A DNA stretch of 62,070 bases, filler included, from Nemertoderma westbladi (lineage: Eukaryota; Animalia; Xenacoelomorpha), in NCBI GenBank assembly GCA_032718475.1. It is 3 parts of 3 records of this genome, joined end to end, with 100 filler letters (N's around TTAATTAATTAA, not from the genome) between each part and the next. Parts side by side here need not be neighbours in the genome. Positions count along the whole stretch, not along the records: positions 31,408 to 52,721 come from JAUCBJ010003815.1; 2 more parts are not named here. One strand, given 5' to 3'. Positions 35,372-49,950 of this stretch are shown here, in pieces (the first letter of the stretch is position 1; the number at the start of each line of letters is the position of its first letter). A model generated the notes under the pieces. That model did no database searches. It saw only the letters and a list, made by a program, of their open reading frames with translations, and was not told the DNA's origin. A program made the position numbers and the translations under genes.

Positions 35372-37800
35372 TCAGTCCTTCTTTCGCAAATGGCGTTTAC
35401 GAAGTTTTTTGAGACTGGTGAGAGTCCTTTTCTCTTTGGGGTGAGCCACTTTACTAGGAGGGCTATAACTCCTGGGGGAAGGGTGCAATACAATTGCATC
35501 GGAAGGGTTTGGATTACGGTCGGTGTATCTGCCGGTCGAGGTACCCGGTTGATCGATGTCGACATCGGTGGATTGGGAGTGAACAACCTTTAGGGCTCGT
35601 TTCAGGACAGCAGCTCGTACTGGTCCTTGATGGGTTGTCTGTACGATAGAGGTAGGTTGACCGTATGTAGTGAGAAATTTCCTCGGTTTAATTGTTCTTT
35701 CTAATTTGCATTCTCTGGCTTTATATTCATATGGTCGTCTATGAACTTCTTGCAACTCGGGATGTGAGTTTATGAAAAAGTCACCGTATTCAGGATCTTG
35801 GCGGATAAAGTAAATCAAGTTATAAAAATCCGAGTTATTGGGGTAGATATTTCTCAGATATTTGCGAACATATTTGGTTGAAATGTTCTCGCCGACACAT
35901 TTCATCAGTTTGTAACTGGGGGTGCGAGATTTTTGTTCAACGGAGGAGAAGAGGTATGGATGAAACGCATAAACTCCTTCATATGCACATCCTGGATAGT
36001 ATTGGTGGCGTGATTCGCAATGGAAATCCGCATTAGCTTCCCAAGACCTGATGTAACGCAAAGCAACTATTTAGTCTACGCTTTCTAGATCTCGCTTGAA
36101 AGGGCAATCGAAACTAGCATGTCCTTTGAATTGACAGTGGTGACATTGAGTCATAAATTGAGGACAAACGGCGAAAATTTGCAGATTGTTAAGTCGACAA
36201 TAAGCACAATAAATTTCCATAATAGGTTGGTCTTTAAAGTAGGAGCAGGGTTAGCTGGACTCCACTGCGGTAAAGTGGTCCCGTGATGCACATAATCGGC
36301 AACGTTTCCTAGAAATGTAATTGGCATGCCGATAATCATATGCCGTGAGACATTGTGGACCTTGATACCATTCCAACACATAATCATTTTCGCTACTCCT
36401 GGACGTTGCAGGTTGAATTTCTTCAGATTCCAAGCAAATTGGTTCTTCTTCAACTTGCATAGCTTCGATAGATGTAGCTGTTTTCTCAAGGAAACCCACC
36501 CTTTGAACTTCCACAATAGAGTATCCCGTGGGGATTCGGGGTCTTTGTATGACAGATTAATGTAGATTCTGTATACAAACGTCCTTAAAAATAGCAAATC
36601 CAGCGCTATCCAACTTCTCAGCGGCAGAATCTCTCAAGCTGAGTTTGGTCAAAGCGCGGTCTTTAAACTGACTGTCAATGTTACGGAACGGAGTCAGAAA
36701 GCGCCTAAAGCATTCGAATCGGATGAATTTATTGTGTTCATCTAGCTTAGCGAGTTTAGTTCCAAGCAGTAAGGGGTGTGAACAACCAGATTTATGACAC
36801 GTAATAGTACCAGTTGTTCACAGAAGATTATTGTGTCCTTTCAGTCCTTGCACCAATGGCCATGAACTTGAGGTAGTTATTGTTAGTTGATTATCCAATC
36901 AACGAAAAGAGAGACGGAGGTTGATATTATAAATACCAACACGGTGGTACATGGACAGGAGGTATGGATACCAATATAAGCATCCAGATAAATAGTAAAG
37001 GATGGGGAGGTCTGGTGGGAGGAGGTACGATTAATACCACGATACGACAATGATTGGTCGATATTCTCCAGGAAGCTCCAAGCGCGTTGGGTAGAGAAGA
37101 TGGGAGGAAGAGAGTTTCTCTATCAAAATCTTGTATCCTCGATTGCGATGGGTAGAGGGGGAGTAGTGGTAGGAAGGAGGAAGGAGGAAGGATATGGAGG
37201 GGTAGTATCTATAAGATACCACAATGGATGTGTTTTCTTTCGCGTCATTACTCATTCCTACGCTTTTATTGTGACACTGATCACAACAATTGTAGGAAGA
37301 GGATGAGGTAAGAGGAAGTTACAGCTTCCCGAAGGAGACCGCCCACGAGCACCCGCGCCCCGGGGAAAACTATTCACACTATGGACCCTTGGTATTAATG
37401 TATGTTTTTCTCTAGCTGATTTTCCTCCGCTTGTCTTTAAAAAAACTTTCTTCCACATTCTCTCTTTCGAGTCGGTTTCGAATAGAATTTTCATGTTCAA
37501 TTCTCAGTTTATCGTTCCAACTTCGCTGGGCATGATATTTAGATAAAATCATTTCCCTTTCGGTATCTACCTCGTCAGTATCGTGTAAATCGATAGGATG
37601 ACCAGTAGTTAAGAAGTCCATATACGTACCATTACGATGCGTATAGCGAGCGGTGAATTTTCTATAGTCTAATTCACGCTTGAGCTGTTCCTTTGACATT
37701 GGCGGTTCGATATAACGGCCGTGTTGACTCGCGTCGCTGCTTATTAAATTATCAACAAACACCTGTAGTGGTAGGGTTTATCGCTCCCTGATACCAAGAT
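35372..37800 (-). pseudogene. Decayed accessory ORF of BEL2 with zinc-knuckle motifs
   Basis: Reading through in-frame stops links ...TCHKSGCSHP...VEVQRVG...CRLCASRDH... to MEIYCAYC...QCHHCQFKGHASFDC and ORF 35372-36061. Same strand as pol; inclusion of ORF 37412-37762 is tentative. Confidence 0.6.
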
Positions 37801-39693
37801 CATCTTCTATCAACTCAGTCATAGCTGCTATAGAGTTTATCGATATTATAACTAATAAGGCTAGCAGGCGTCGACGCCTTTACCCCTCTTTGGCCCCCAG
37901 ACAGCCCTGAGATCCTCAGCGCTGATGTACTGCTGTCGCTGTGACCCTCGCCAATGTAGTAGCCACACGACAACAATAACCAGCGCGAGTCACTCCACTG
38001 TCCGTCCCAAGGGCTCGAATATACTGGAGGTACTTGATACAGATGTAGGATAACTTTCACAATTGCGGCTCGCTACTGTAAAACACTTTAGTAGTAACAT
38101 TCACCTATAAATACACAAATTCCATATTCCTGCCACAATTTGTACAAATTAGGGCCATTAGTCCGTTAGTCAGATGCCTTCCAGAATGCCACGTTATTAT
38201 TATGTATCCTTAGATACTATCAGGGTGCTATTTATTACGCTTGCTATTCAATGGGGTAAGCATTCTATTGTTATTTTAACACTTCTAATTCTAGCGTGGT
38301 TGTTACTATGGTGACATTATGCAAAGCTAGCGGTAGAATTAGGGTATTTCTCATGCATACAGATCTGGGATGCTATTTAATAGTGACTCTTTAGTTATTA
38401 ATATTCCCCTTAAATATGATTTTTATTAATTTTGTTGGCTATTGACTGTACACTGGAGATTCTCTCACACTGATATACTTAATAGGGTGAATCTCCGCTC
38501 CCATGATCTATTAATTAACAGAATTTTGGGAATGTTAATAAATTGTATAAAATGACAATTTATTTAATTCATGAGAGGATATGAATTTAAATTTATTCCC
38601 ATGAATTTTATTATTTAATATCAAGATATACACAATTTTATTCCAGAACAGGTCTGGGGACTAAGATCCTTGATTCCAGAAATTTTGTCTTTTAAGGGTA
38701 TCGGTAAGTACTACGATATTTTAGAGGATCTAAGGGTTTAACATATTTTGTCAGCATTTTATTATAATACTACTACTAGGATCGGCATGCTGCATTGCAG
38801 CTGCATTTTTAAGAATGATGTGCCGGCTGTGCCGTCATATTATTATAATAAGGCTGTGAAAATTTAACAGATTTTTAGGTCAACATTTTGTTGTAATAAT
38901 GTTATTAATATTTAAAAAAAGTTAATATCAGGATGGGAACCATTTTATTCCAGAACATGTCTGGGGACATTAAACACTGATTCTTCTAGAATTTTGTCTT
39001 TCAAGTATATCGGTGGGTGCCGCGATATCTTAATCAACTAGAATTTCAGATGGTCAAAGGGTTTAACAGATATATGGGTCAAAGATTTTAACAGATTTAC
39101 TTTGACAGCGCTACTCTTAAATGGACATCTTTCTACTATATGTATTATTTAAAATACGGTACGAGAGTAACATTGCAAGAAGCAATGTCAGTGAGAAGAG
39201 GCAAGTCGTTTCCAAGGCCTACCCAGAGCTTGGTTTAGCCGAGACACGAGGATCTGAATTTTGCATTCCTAATACTCTACTTTACCAATAATACCTTAGT
39301 ATAGTAGGAGCGGTATATTGTACTTTAATAAGTACTGACATTTCATCTTACTGTAGTCACGTATTTATAGTATGATACGGACAGTAAGGAAAGAGAAAAC
39401 GAAATTATCTCTCGCTGTTAATGAAATATATTATACTAAGTAATTAAGTAATAAATACGAAATATATTGCACTAATCTACTAAATAATCATTTAAAATAT
39501 TATTCTACTAAATAAAATTAAAGAAAACGATCATAATAATATAAATTACATAATAATGTGTACATAAATATAAAAATAAACAAATAAAATAATATAGTCA
39601 CACACCCACTCCAAATGCTGTCACATTGGGGAGTCCCTAGATGTTTGTTGGATTAGGGAGGTGGTCGTGGGAAGAGTCTCTTGTTTTCTGTAG

Positions 39694-42600
39694 TTACCGG
39701 ACAACTCCCAGTCTCTTTTCAATAAACATAAACGACCAACCGGGCGACCAACCTTGTTGAGTTTCAAAAACAATTCCAGGTTTCTTGAAGTTACGTCGCA
39801 TGACGACGAGTTCCACCGATCTCACTAAACCATCATCGGATATATGAGTCTCGATGATACAACCTGTCTGCCATCTCTTACGGGGAAGATCTGATTCCAC
39901 AATGAGGACCATGTCTCCAGCGCTGACATTTTCTTGCTGCGCAAACCACTTTGTTCGAAGTTGTAGTGTAGGAAGATAATATTTTTCGAAATGGTCAGCG
40001 AAACGACGGGATAATAACTGCATAAGTTGCCAAGTTTGTCGGCAGTACTCGTCTCTGTCTGTTATTTCCGACTGCGGGAGCATGGCTACAGGTTTCTTTA
40101 GTAGGAAATGCGCGGGTGTTAGCGCTTCTAGGGAGTCTGGACTCGATGAGACTGGCATAAGCGGTCTCACGTTGAGATAGGTGGCTATTTCCTCCATTAA
40201 CGTCCACTTACTGTGAACATCTACAATCATCTTGATTTGTATTTCAAGATTTCTAATCAGTATTGGAAACTTAGTGTCAAAGGACAATGGAGTATTGGTT
40301 AATCTCCCTCCGACACGTATTACCCCATCTATCATTGTGCTAGAAAAAGAATCCCTTAAGCGCATCTGTAGATTTCTCAACAACAGGAAATACTTTTCGG
40401 AATTCTCGTAACATTGCAGGAGTCTCAGTATCTGCTTGTTGGTATCATCATGTTCTTGGTAACTGATCTTCTCAGTTAGAAACTTATTGGGTAGCCGATA
40501 AGTGGGAAGGTCTTTGGTAGCATGGACCCTTTCAGCTACTACTGAAGTGGCATCATTAGCGATCTTAGTCCTAGAATAGTGATGATGGAAACATCGTTTT
40601 AAATACACAATGGCTTTGCAAAGCCTATTCCAGGAGCTATAATGAGCCATCACTCTTTGGATGAGAGGAGAGAGTCCTTGTGAGACATCTGGTGTTCTAG
40701 ATTTCCAATCTCTTTCCCTTATTTCTATGACGGATTTATTTATGGTTCGAGTAACATCCATGGATTTGGGGTGATTAGGATCCACAGTGGCATCACCGGC
40801 GGTGTGTAGCACAGACAGATCTATCGCTGGCTTAAACAGCTTTGATTTACTCATCCGGGTTTTCGGTTTGACCTTTCCCGCTCCCTTGGCTTGTCTGATC
40901 TCCGCCGTGGTGAGATAAGGGGGCCATTCCTCCTCTTCTTTACTTAGGAAGTCGGGGCCACCTAACCAATCTGGAGTAACTATCAGTTCTTGAGGAGTTT
41001 CTCCTCTGGATGAGATGTTGGCTGGATTAATCGTCCCAAGGCAATGTCTCCATTAATCTATATTAGTGCGACTGAGTATAATAGCTACTCTGTTGGTAAC
41101 AAAGACAGTGAACTGACAGACTTCATTAGTGATATATTTCAGAACGAGTAATGCATCAGTCCAATAGACAGTTTTCTCTAGTGGATATTCGATCTGTTCC
41201 GTTATATTCTGACCGATGGCTGTAGCGTATAGTGCCGCCTTTAACTCCGCTCTAGGAACCCGCAGTTTGTTGTTTATTAGGGCCTTGGAGGTGGCTAATG
41301 AAACTTTAATTCCATCGGGAGTTTCAACCCTAAGGTAGGCTACTATACCTATTTCAATATCACTGGCGTCTCCAAAAACATGGAGTTGATAGGAATACGT
41401 GGGGAGAACGTGACCGAAATACGAGCGGGAAATCTTAAAGTTCTCGATAGATGGTAAAAAATCCTCCCACTTCATCCTCTTCTTTAGCAGTTCTCCCTGG
41501 AGTGGATCATCCCAAGAGTGGTTTTCGAGCCACATTTGTTGTACCAAGCTCCGAGCAACTAGGATCACGGGGCTAATGAATCCCAATGGATAGAAGTAAG
41601 TGCTCAGAATACTCAGGCAAATCCGTTTAGTTCGAACAGGATTATCACGTTGTTTTAGTTTGAAAAATAAAATGTCTCTCTCCGTGTCCCATTTCAGTCC
41701 AAGGGTTTTAGTTTCGGGAAGATACTCCTTAATGAGGTCAAGATCTTTAACATCTCTATCTTCCACTAGGATCGATTCCAGGAACTCACGGGAGTTACTA
41801 GTGAATATGGTTAGACGAAATCCACCTTGTTGTAAGCACTCTACCGTTCCCTTGGCAACATCGATTGCTTCTTCCACCGATGGGAGGGACTTTAGATTGT
41901 CATCCATATAAATATCCCATTTGATGTTGTCTTTAGATTGTCATCCATATAAATATCCCGTTTGATGTTGTCAATAACCGCTTTAGAGAAGGCGTCTCTA
42001 TTATCGTCGGCAGTGGTGCGCACTACCGAACAAGCGTTCGAGGGGCTCGATATGATCCCGAAAGCCTGGATTGTCATCCAGTACTCCATCAGTTTTCGGT
42101 TGAGGTCCCCTTCAGGCCACCACAGAAATCGTAGGCTATCTCGATCCCTAGCTAACGCTTTAACTTGTATAAACATGCCTTCAATGTCGGAGGCGAAGGC
42201 GATAGAATATTGCCGTAGTCGTAATAATATTCCCAACAAAGATTGGAGTAAGTTGGGTCCCGGCAACAGTTCTGAGTTTAGGGTTTGTCCCATATAAAGG
42301 GCGGAGCCGTCGAACACTACCCGGACTTCGTTTGGTTTACCAGGCTTAGGAACGTAATGGTATGTCAAGTAATACGTTCTTTCGGTTATGGGTGTTTCTT
42401 CCGGTGTTGCTCCGCGTATCCTTTGTTGATGAATTTCTTTAGTTGCATCTTATACATCTCTTTGGCTCGATCGTTAGATGATAAGCGCCGATGTAATTGT
42501 GAGATTCTATTTTCAGCTAAAGGTCGGTTATTAACGAAGCTGGGTTCTCTTCGCCTAAAAGGCAGACCTATCTCGTAGCGACCCTCCTCTTTTAGATAAC

Positions 42601-45600
42601 GAGTAGTCGTCTCCTGAATTTGTTTAGCTCTCTCTTCCACGACTGATAACGCTTTGCAGCTTCTTGAGTAAAGAATCGTACCGCGTGTTTATCACGTATC
42701 TTATCATTGTATCGCTCTACCACCTTATTGAGTTCATCGTCGTAAGTCGATAGTCCGTTGTTTTGACAGATGAGGTTGCACAAATTGACTTGGTTTGTCC
42801 AAGTTTGATTCTCTGTGAGGAGTTCAATGGTATTATCCTCATCGTATAGAGTCTGGATGTCGTCGTTGTCTGAGGAGCATAAAGTTTCCTCAGCTAGGAT
42901 TTCCTCTTCGTTCACTGTTTCTTCACACTCACTTACCTGGTGGACTTGCTCTCCCTTCAACCTCCCTTGCAAAGTCCTGTGGGAAGGTCCCGTGAAATAC
43001 CAACCTACTCTCATTTTTCCCACGTAAGTTTGTAATGGTAGCGGTCGAGCAGGAGGTAGCGGTCTATAGTTTTGAGCGCCTCATGCGCGTTCTGACCAAG
43101 CAGTATCTGTACCCCTGGGTAATCTGTTCTGAATCTAGGGATGTTGTATTGCTGGGTAAAATGGTTTTCATCCCAGTTGTAAGGCTCTACTTGGCTAGTA
43201 GCAAGTTCTTTATTTCCACCATTTTAACTGACCTTACACTGTTCTCACCTAGTTCATCTTGGGGGGTGGACAACGATCCTATATAAAAGTCTGTGGATAC
43301 AGTAGATTTCCAAACCTGCATAATCCCGGAAAGGTTCAGTTTGGTTCGGAACCTTGGTTGACCAGCAAAGATATCTTCGGCCAGATCCTTATCGATGAAG
43401 GTGCCTGTACTACCGGAATCAAGGAGGGCATTCACTATAAAGCTCTTACCTTGTCTCCATGTACTCTAAGTTGCACCACTGGGAACTCTCGGATGCTGAC
43501 AGATGGGGTCGAAACCTTCCATGAAAGCTGTCGATCCGGAATGGATAGTCGGGGTTCCTCTCCATCCATCTCTGTCTCATAAGTAAGGGCTCGATATACG
43601 GCTGTGTTGATCATATAACAAGATTCATTTTCATCAGAAAACTCATCCGTATAGAATCCTTCCATCTCCGAACTATGGTCAGTGTCATTCACATCACTGA
43701 ACTGTACGTATAGTTCGGGTTCACTAACCGGTACCTTATCAAACTCAGTGTGCAGTAAGATATGATGTTTCGCTCCACACTTAGCACACCTCACGTCTGC
43801 GTAACAGGTTTTCCTTTGATGTCCTCTCCTGAGGCAATTGTAACATAACCTTTTGTCCCACATGACACTGCGTCTGTCCTTCAATTCTTTCTTCAAGAAT
43901 TCCTCACACCCACTCAAGAGATGTGGCCCTTCGCACAATACACACTTAGGTTTGATGTTACTTACCTTAACTTGCATTGTATTTTGTATGCTAGCTCTTT
44001 CTTCGGGCTTCCTACCAGGAATTCTCTTGGGAGACGTAGGGGGAGTTTTTAACTGTTCTCCCTTGCCACTAGTTCGCACCTAGGGTTTACTTACGTCTTT
44101 CTTGACTTTATTTGTGTAATAAGATCTTTCAGTGTCTTTGCCACTATTTTCGTCATAAGACGTTTGACTTTCATAATCCGTATAACACACTGGTGTTACC
44201 TTTCTCCTAGTAACGGGTTTTTCACTTACCTTGGTTTCCGGAGTCTTCTCTCTAGACTATTTTATGAGCTGTAATCTTACCTCTCCATTTAAGAACGACA
44301 TAAGGTCCGCCATGGTTGGATCTCTATGTTGTTGGTCCATCAAGTAGAGAACCTTTTTGTCCCAACGAGTACCTACACCGCCCTTTGGCAAAGTTGATGC
44401 CACGGCTCCTACAACCATAGAACTCTGGTATTCATGAGACTTACCCAACCAGTCTAACTGTCTACAGATCTCCTGAATCTCATCGGAAAACTCTATAATC
44501 CCGCTGCTAAGAAACTTTCTGGGCGCTACTAATTTCGCATACAGATATCTAGCTATGTTAGTCCTATTACCATACCTGATGTTAAGTGTATCCCAAACTT
44601 GTCTCAATCCGTCCGGATGTCCAATAAACTTTAACGCCATTAACTTGGGAGGTCCTTCCAAGCCCTCGATGACGAATCGTAGTTTCTCTCCGCTGGATAG
44701 TACGGAGTTTTGTATGTCATCTTTATAATATTCATTAAAAGGTAACCATTTCATCTCATCTCCATTAAACTTGACTACCTCTCCCACCTTTACAGCTTGA
44801 CGGGCTTCTGTTCTAGCCATCTGAAGTGTGAAACTTTCTTGAGCCATCGTACTATTTAATATCGAATTATCGGTATATAAATTTCTCGGATTATTATCAG
44901 ATCGGTATGGGATATCATTATCGACAGGCTTATTAATACTCTTAATAGGGTTTACTATAGGAGTTTCTACTTAACTAGCAGTATAGATGCGTGTAGGCTC
45001 CACACCTTGCACATGAAATACTTCAGACCTAACGGGCTGACACATTGTTACAGAGGGTGGTGGTATACCCATTTGTATATTTACTAATTTATCGCGTTCG
45101 AGAGCGATATGTTGCTGTACTTCTTGCAGCTCTTATTTACTCTCTCTTTCTGTTCCCTTTAACAATTGAACAATCCCTTCCAATTCTCGGACTTGTTTAG
45201 AGGAGCGGGTTTTATTTACCTCTAATTGCCCGAGCAGCGCCTCCATCTCTTGTCATCCTTCCTCCATCCACTCGACCGCGGGTGCGGGAGCCGCCAACAT
45301 GGTAGCTGGATGGCACATCGGGATGACAGGGGACAATTCTGTTATTGGATTCTGCTCGGTGTCAATATCAGTCAGAGATTCTGGCAGTTGTCTACTGGAT
45401 AAGGGAAGTTTGGTACTATGCAAAGGGAATTTAGAGTTGGGTTTGGGGAGCAAAGGGGTCTCCATTAAAGGAGTAGCTTTGCTAACAGGCCTAATTATTT
45501 CTGGCTCATCTACTATAGTAGGGAGCTTTTCTACTCTTATAAGTTGGGTTGTTGACTCCCTATTTCTTAAGTCTACATTTGCTAATTCCCTTCTCACCGT

Positions 45601-46566
45601 GTGGGGTAAGTTAGGCAACTTAACTCCTAGGGGCGCTCTTCTACGTCCGTTTGAATGGGATTTGTTACCTCTATGCTCGGAATCAGTAGTAGTACCTTCA
45701 TCTGAGGAGGTAAATCCATATCTTCTGGGAGTAGATCGACTCAGTAGTTGCATCTGAGTGGCTGCCCTTTTTTTACTTAAGTAGTCTTGTCTCGCCTGAA
45801 TGCTCTCTAACTTTAGATGTACCTTTGCTTCAGCTGCTCTCCTTTCAGCTTCTACTGTGGCAGCTTTACGTTCTACTTCTGCCGCTGCCGCCTTTCGGTC
45901 AACTTCCGCAGCTGCCGCTGCCACTGCCGCTGCTGCTTTTCGATTAACTTCCGCCGCAGCCGCTGCCACTTTTCTATCAATTTCTGCCGCTGCAGCTTTT
46001 AATTCGGCCTCAGCGGTTGCAGCTTTTTTCCGGTCTTCTATTAATCCTTTCTTTATTTGTTCCTCTTTGTCCATCTCGATGAGAATGCTTTCATCAAATT
46101 TAGCCTTCTCCGTCGCTAACATCTCTGCATCTAAGGAGTCCAAAATGAATTTGGCAGCTTCACTATTTGGGTGAAGTCCAGCTAGGCGTCTCCTTAGCTC
46201 GTTGTCACCTATAAATCGTTGATAATCCGACAGATAGATGTCAATAGCGTCCTTCTTCTGAGGTTTTTCGGATACCTCCTCGCTTTCTACATGGGAGAAG
46301 ATTGCATCTGTTGATTCTCCGTAGGCTAGTCTTTCCGTTAATTGAGCCTTCCATTGGGTTGCTCCCTGGACTTTAACATTCACTCGTTGGAACCAAGTTC
46401 TTACTGCCACCTGCAGTGATGTATCTTGACTTCTCTTCAGGGCCTCTTCAAAAGCTGAAAGGATTAATCTGACCCTTAATATCTGTTGTCTCACTTGGTA
46501 AAGCAGTTCTCCCTGCTCTTGAGGTTCCTGTTGTCGTTGGAATAACTGTGCTTCTATTCGTCCCAA
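39694..46566 (-). pseudogene. BEL2 gag-pol, fragmented
   Basis: Ala-rich coiled-coil N-terminus, KFNGDEMKWLPF gag motif, three knuckles, ALLDSGS protease, SDIEGMF and YMDD RT, FGDAS RNase H, and an integrase with an internal deletion. Confidence 0.92.
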
Positions 46567-48888
46567 GGAGTTGAAGAATCCCTGGACATATTCGGCTGCT
46601 GACCTCTTCCATACAGCGGGATCTTAGGTGTCTCTAACTACGCCCATTTGATATAAGTCTTCCCAGGCAGCTTCCGATAAGTTAAACGGGAGTCCGGGTC
46701 CGGGGAAGTTCCATTGAGTCTCCACAATAGACCTTAATTCTTCCAGCGGGCATCCGGCGTAACTGTCCCTGGTCGATCTCTTATTTCTCATCCAGTCTGC
46801 TTGATGTTCTTCTACGGCTATAAGCACTCTAGTGAGCATTGCCTCAGGAAGAATCAATAATGGGTCAGGGTAAACCCTTCTTCCATCTTTGATCCGATCT
46901 CGGGCGTTAACTCTTCGGTGTCGGAACTAGAGTTACTGCTTAGTTGAGAAATAACTTCTCGGTTCGGGTGCTGTTGCTGTTTTACAGCCATTGCTTGGTC
47001 TCACTTAACTTGAGCCCTAGCGCCTATAATAGACCTATGGTGCTTCACTAACCTAGGGTCCGACACAACTACTGTAGGGATGGCTTTTCTTACAGTAGGA
47101 GGGGACTTAGACTTTGGTCGGGGCCTTTCTGTACTTTGATCTGGGTCACAGATCGTCTGTTCCAAGAGACTATCTGACATTATTTGTTTTGTGTCAGACA
47201 TAATTTGTTTACAGTTGAATGCCTATCACAATAATAACAATTAAAGTAAGTCTAGGGGAAATCAGTATTAACTGTCAGTCTCGTAGTTACCAATATTGTT
47301 ACTCAATGTAACGTGGTATATATCGAGAGTTAGAATACCGGTATACACCTATAGTATATATAACAGTATTACTACAAATTAGGATAGTCACAGAATGCCG
47401 GTATATAAGTTTAGCCTAAGTTATACAAATATATAATAAGCTTACTGTAAACACCGATAATGTCAATAATTGAACAATAACTGATATTAAGACCTAATTG
47501 ATATATAACAGGCCTATTAATTTATAAATCTGATTGAGTTAATTTATAAATATATATATATATACACCCATGATGGGTTTGTCAATATTTGAAATAAAAG
47601 TTATTTTTTCTGAGTAAGAAGTCACTACACAGAGGTTGGACGCTCTCAGTGGAGTGCTACTTGTTAGACACTAAATACTGATAGTTCTAGTTAACTAAGT
47701 TACATATCACTACGTAATAGGTTTGAGATTACACAATCTCTAAATAAACAATAAACAAGTTACACGTACAATTTTTAGGGTAATTTAACAAGAATTTTAC
47801 GAACCAGACTAACAAGGAGTTAGAATTTCTGGTTCTTACAGACTGACAGGGAATTATGGAATTTTGAAACCAATAAAGTAGTATTCAGTACGTTGTGCTG
47901 TCCAGATAAGGAAATGCCACCATCTGATGGCTTATAGTCTACACTATAAGCACTACGTACCCGGAGTGTCCTATACCTAGAGATTAATTATCGAAGCCTA
48001 TAGCTAACGGACCTATTAACCATGTTACAACACAAATATACTGCGTACGCACTAAATTACTTTCAGGAAAGCACTGTACTCTATTCCCTAGATTAGGTAC
48101 TAGCACTTATACAACATATAACTTGCAGTTAAATATACGTGAACAGCCAAAAGAACCACGGTATCTGCTGGAGTGACTGGAGTACTAAATCACCAGTCTG
48201 TCCTACGCCAAGCAGTCCTGAAGTAGTACCGGGGTTAATTTAACTATAACGGTATGCATAACAAGCATAATTACTGTAAGGAATAAACTTGGGGACATGA
48301 ATGTTGTAAATTACTTGCATAAACTCTGAATAATAAATATTACGCTACCCGTACAGACTATTCAAATAAAACACAGACCAAATGCTGGCAGACCACCGTC
48401 AAGCCTAAATAAACCACAGTTATTATGCAGTCTCCGAAATGATTAGTTAGTAAGCGTTCTAGACTACGTAGTACGACTTATTCTTTCGTGGAGGATTTAC
48501 CTTACAGCACTGGATGCCTCCACTTCCTAACTAGCACTTTATCGGACCAAGCACCCTACCTACACTGTAATTGCCTCAGACCTAACAACAGTCAGACAAC
48601 AATCCGGCCTACAAGTTACTTTTACAATCTGAGCAGGCTTATACACGCTTCTGCTCAATATTACACTTACAGAATAGATAAGCCAACAGAAATAAGTAAA
48701 ATCTCTAATAAAAAACCAGGGCTGCAGTCCCCGATTAAATATTAGGACCTACCGGTATCTAATTATCACAATCGAAGTAATACTGCTGTAAGTACCGGTT
48801 CGGGTCAACTAGGCCTACAGTTTACCGTCCGACCGGTACGTTTGGGTTTTATTGCCTACTGAGCAATAAAAGAAACAAAATCTATTAA

Positions 48889-49950
48889 TGTTCGCGCTTT
48901 TAGACCTTTAACAGTTTAACCTGCTAATTTAAGTGTCTCTTTCTTGTAATCGACTATTGCCCTTGCTAATTAACATCTGTTGAAACGAGTCTAGTGCGCG
49001 GCGTGTGACCCACTGTGTGGGAGACTGGATTCGGGTCTAGAGAAAGTTATTGCAGTGTAGGCTACTTTGTATCATTCGATTGATCGCTACTATATAATCG
49101 CTGACAACTATATTTACTTTCGGGGAAATATCCACAGTTCCTTTGCTGCTTTGGGACGTGGCGCTTTAAGCATCAAACAGAGTTATGACTTACACTAATC
49201 ACAACTGGAGGCTATAGTGTATCGCAAACAGCGCATTCTTTAGGAATGCTTTATTAACCTTCACACGACTTCACACTAATTCACACTTGCCACTGATTTG
49301 CCGACTGTCACTGATTTTGATCATATATAAGGAGGATTGCAACTGACATACGCAGGGATTATGAAATAGCATTTAATTCCTACAAAAACCACTATAATTT
49401 GAGTCGCAATTGCTACTGGTACACCCTTCTGCTTACCTCAGTAATCAATAAAGTTGAGGGGTTTACGATTATTTATCAGTATTCTCCAAATATAACATCC
49501 ATTAATTTAAACAGCAATTAACAACAATATAAAAACAGTATTAAAGCAGTGCGGTGAAAAGAGTCAGTAAGCGTTGTAAGTTTGTGCAGTGTTATGATGT
49601 GAAACAAGTTAATAGATTTGCGTTCTTATGACTCTAGCCATCTGATGTTCTGGGCAAAGTCTGAAACATTAGAACTTCTGACTGAATCGAGAATGAATTA
49701 GGATTCTCGGAAAAAAGGTGGCGCATGCGCCATTTTCCATAGGCCGCTATGAACGGGGCCGGGGAGATTGTACTGATTGGCTGAAATATGTCAAATAAAG
49801 AAATTTCCACACACAAAGAAACAGCTGGCAGATTTCGTCATCTCAGTCCTGTAATTCCTGACAGATGCGTAGCTGAACAATTCTAAGCCCTTTTTAGAGT
49901 GTTTAGCGCATTGCGTAAAATGACTTGTTATGTCCGCAAAAGCTTTTACA
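48889..49950 (-). repeat. 5' LTR of BEL2 (1062 bp)
   Basis: TG...CA termini; outer flank ATAAA. Confidence 0.9.

Larger units (their letters stand above)
34408..49950 (-). mobile_element. BEL/Pao LTR retrotransposon 2, about 15.5 kb, decayed, with about 1.06-kb LTRs and an extra 3' region
   Basis: Direct repeats 34408-35293 and 48889-49950 (TGTAAAAG...GCGCGAACA on the minus strand) flank BEL gag-pol fragments. Purine-rich GGGAGCGG lies next to the 3' LTR. Confidence 0.9.
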
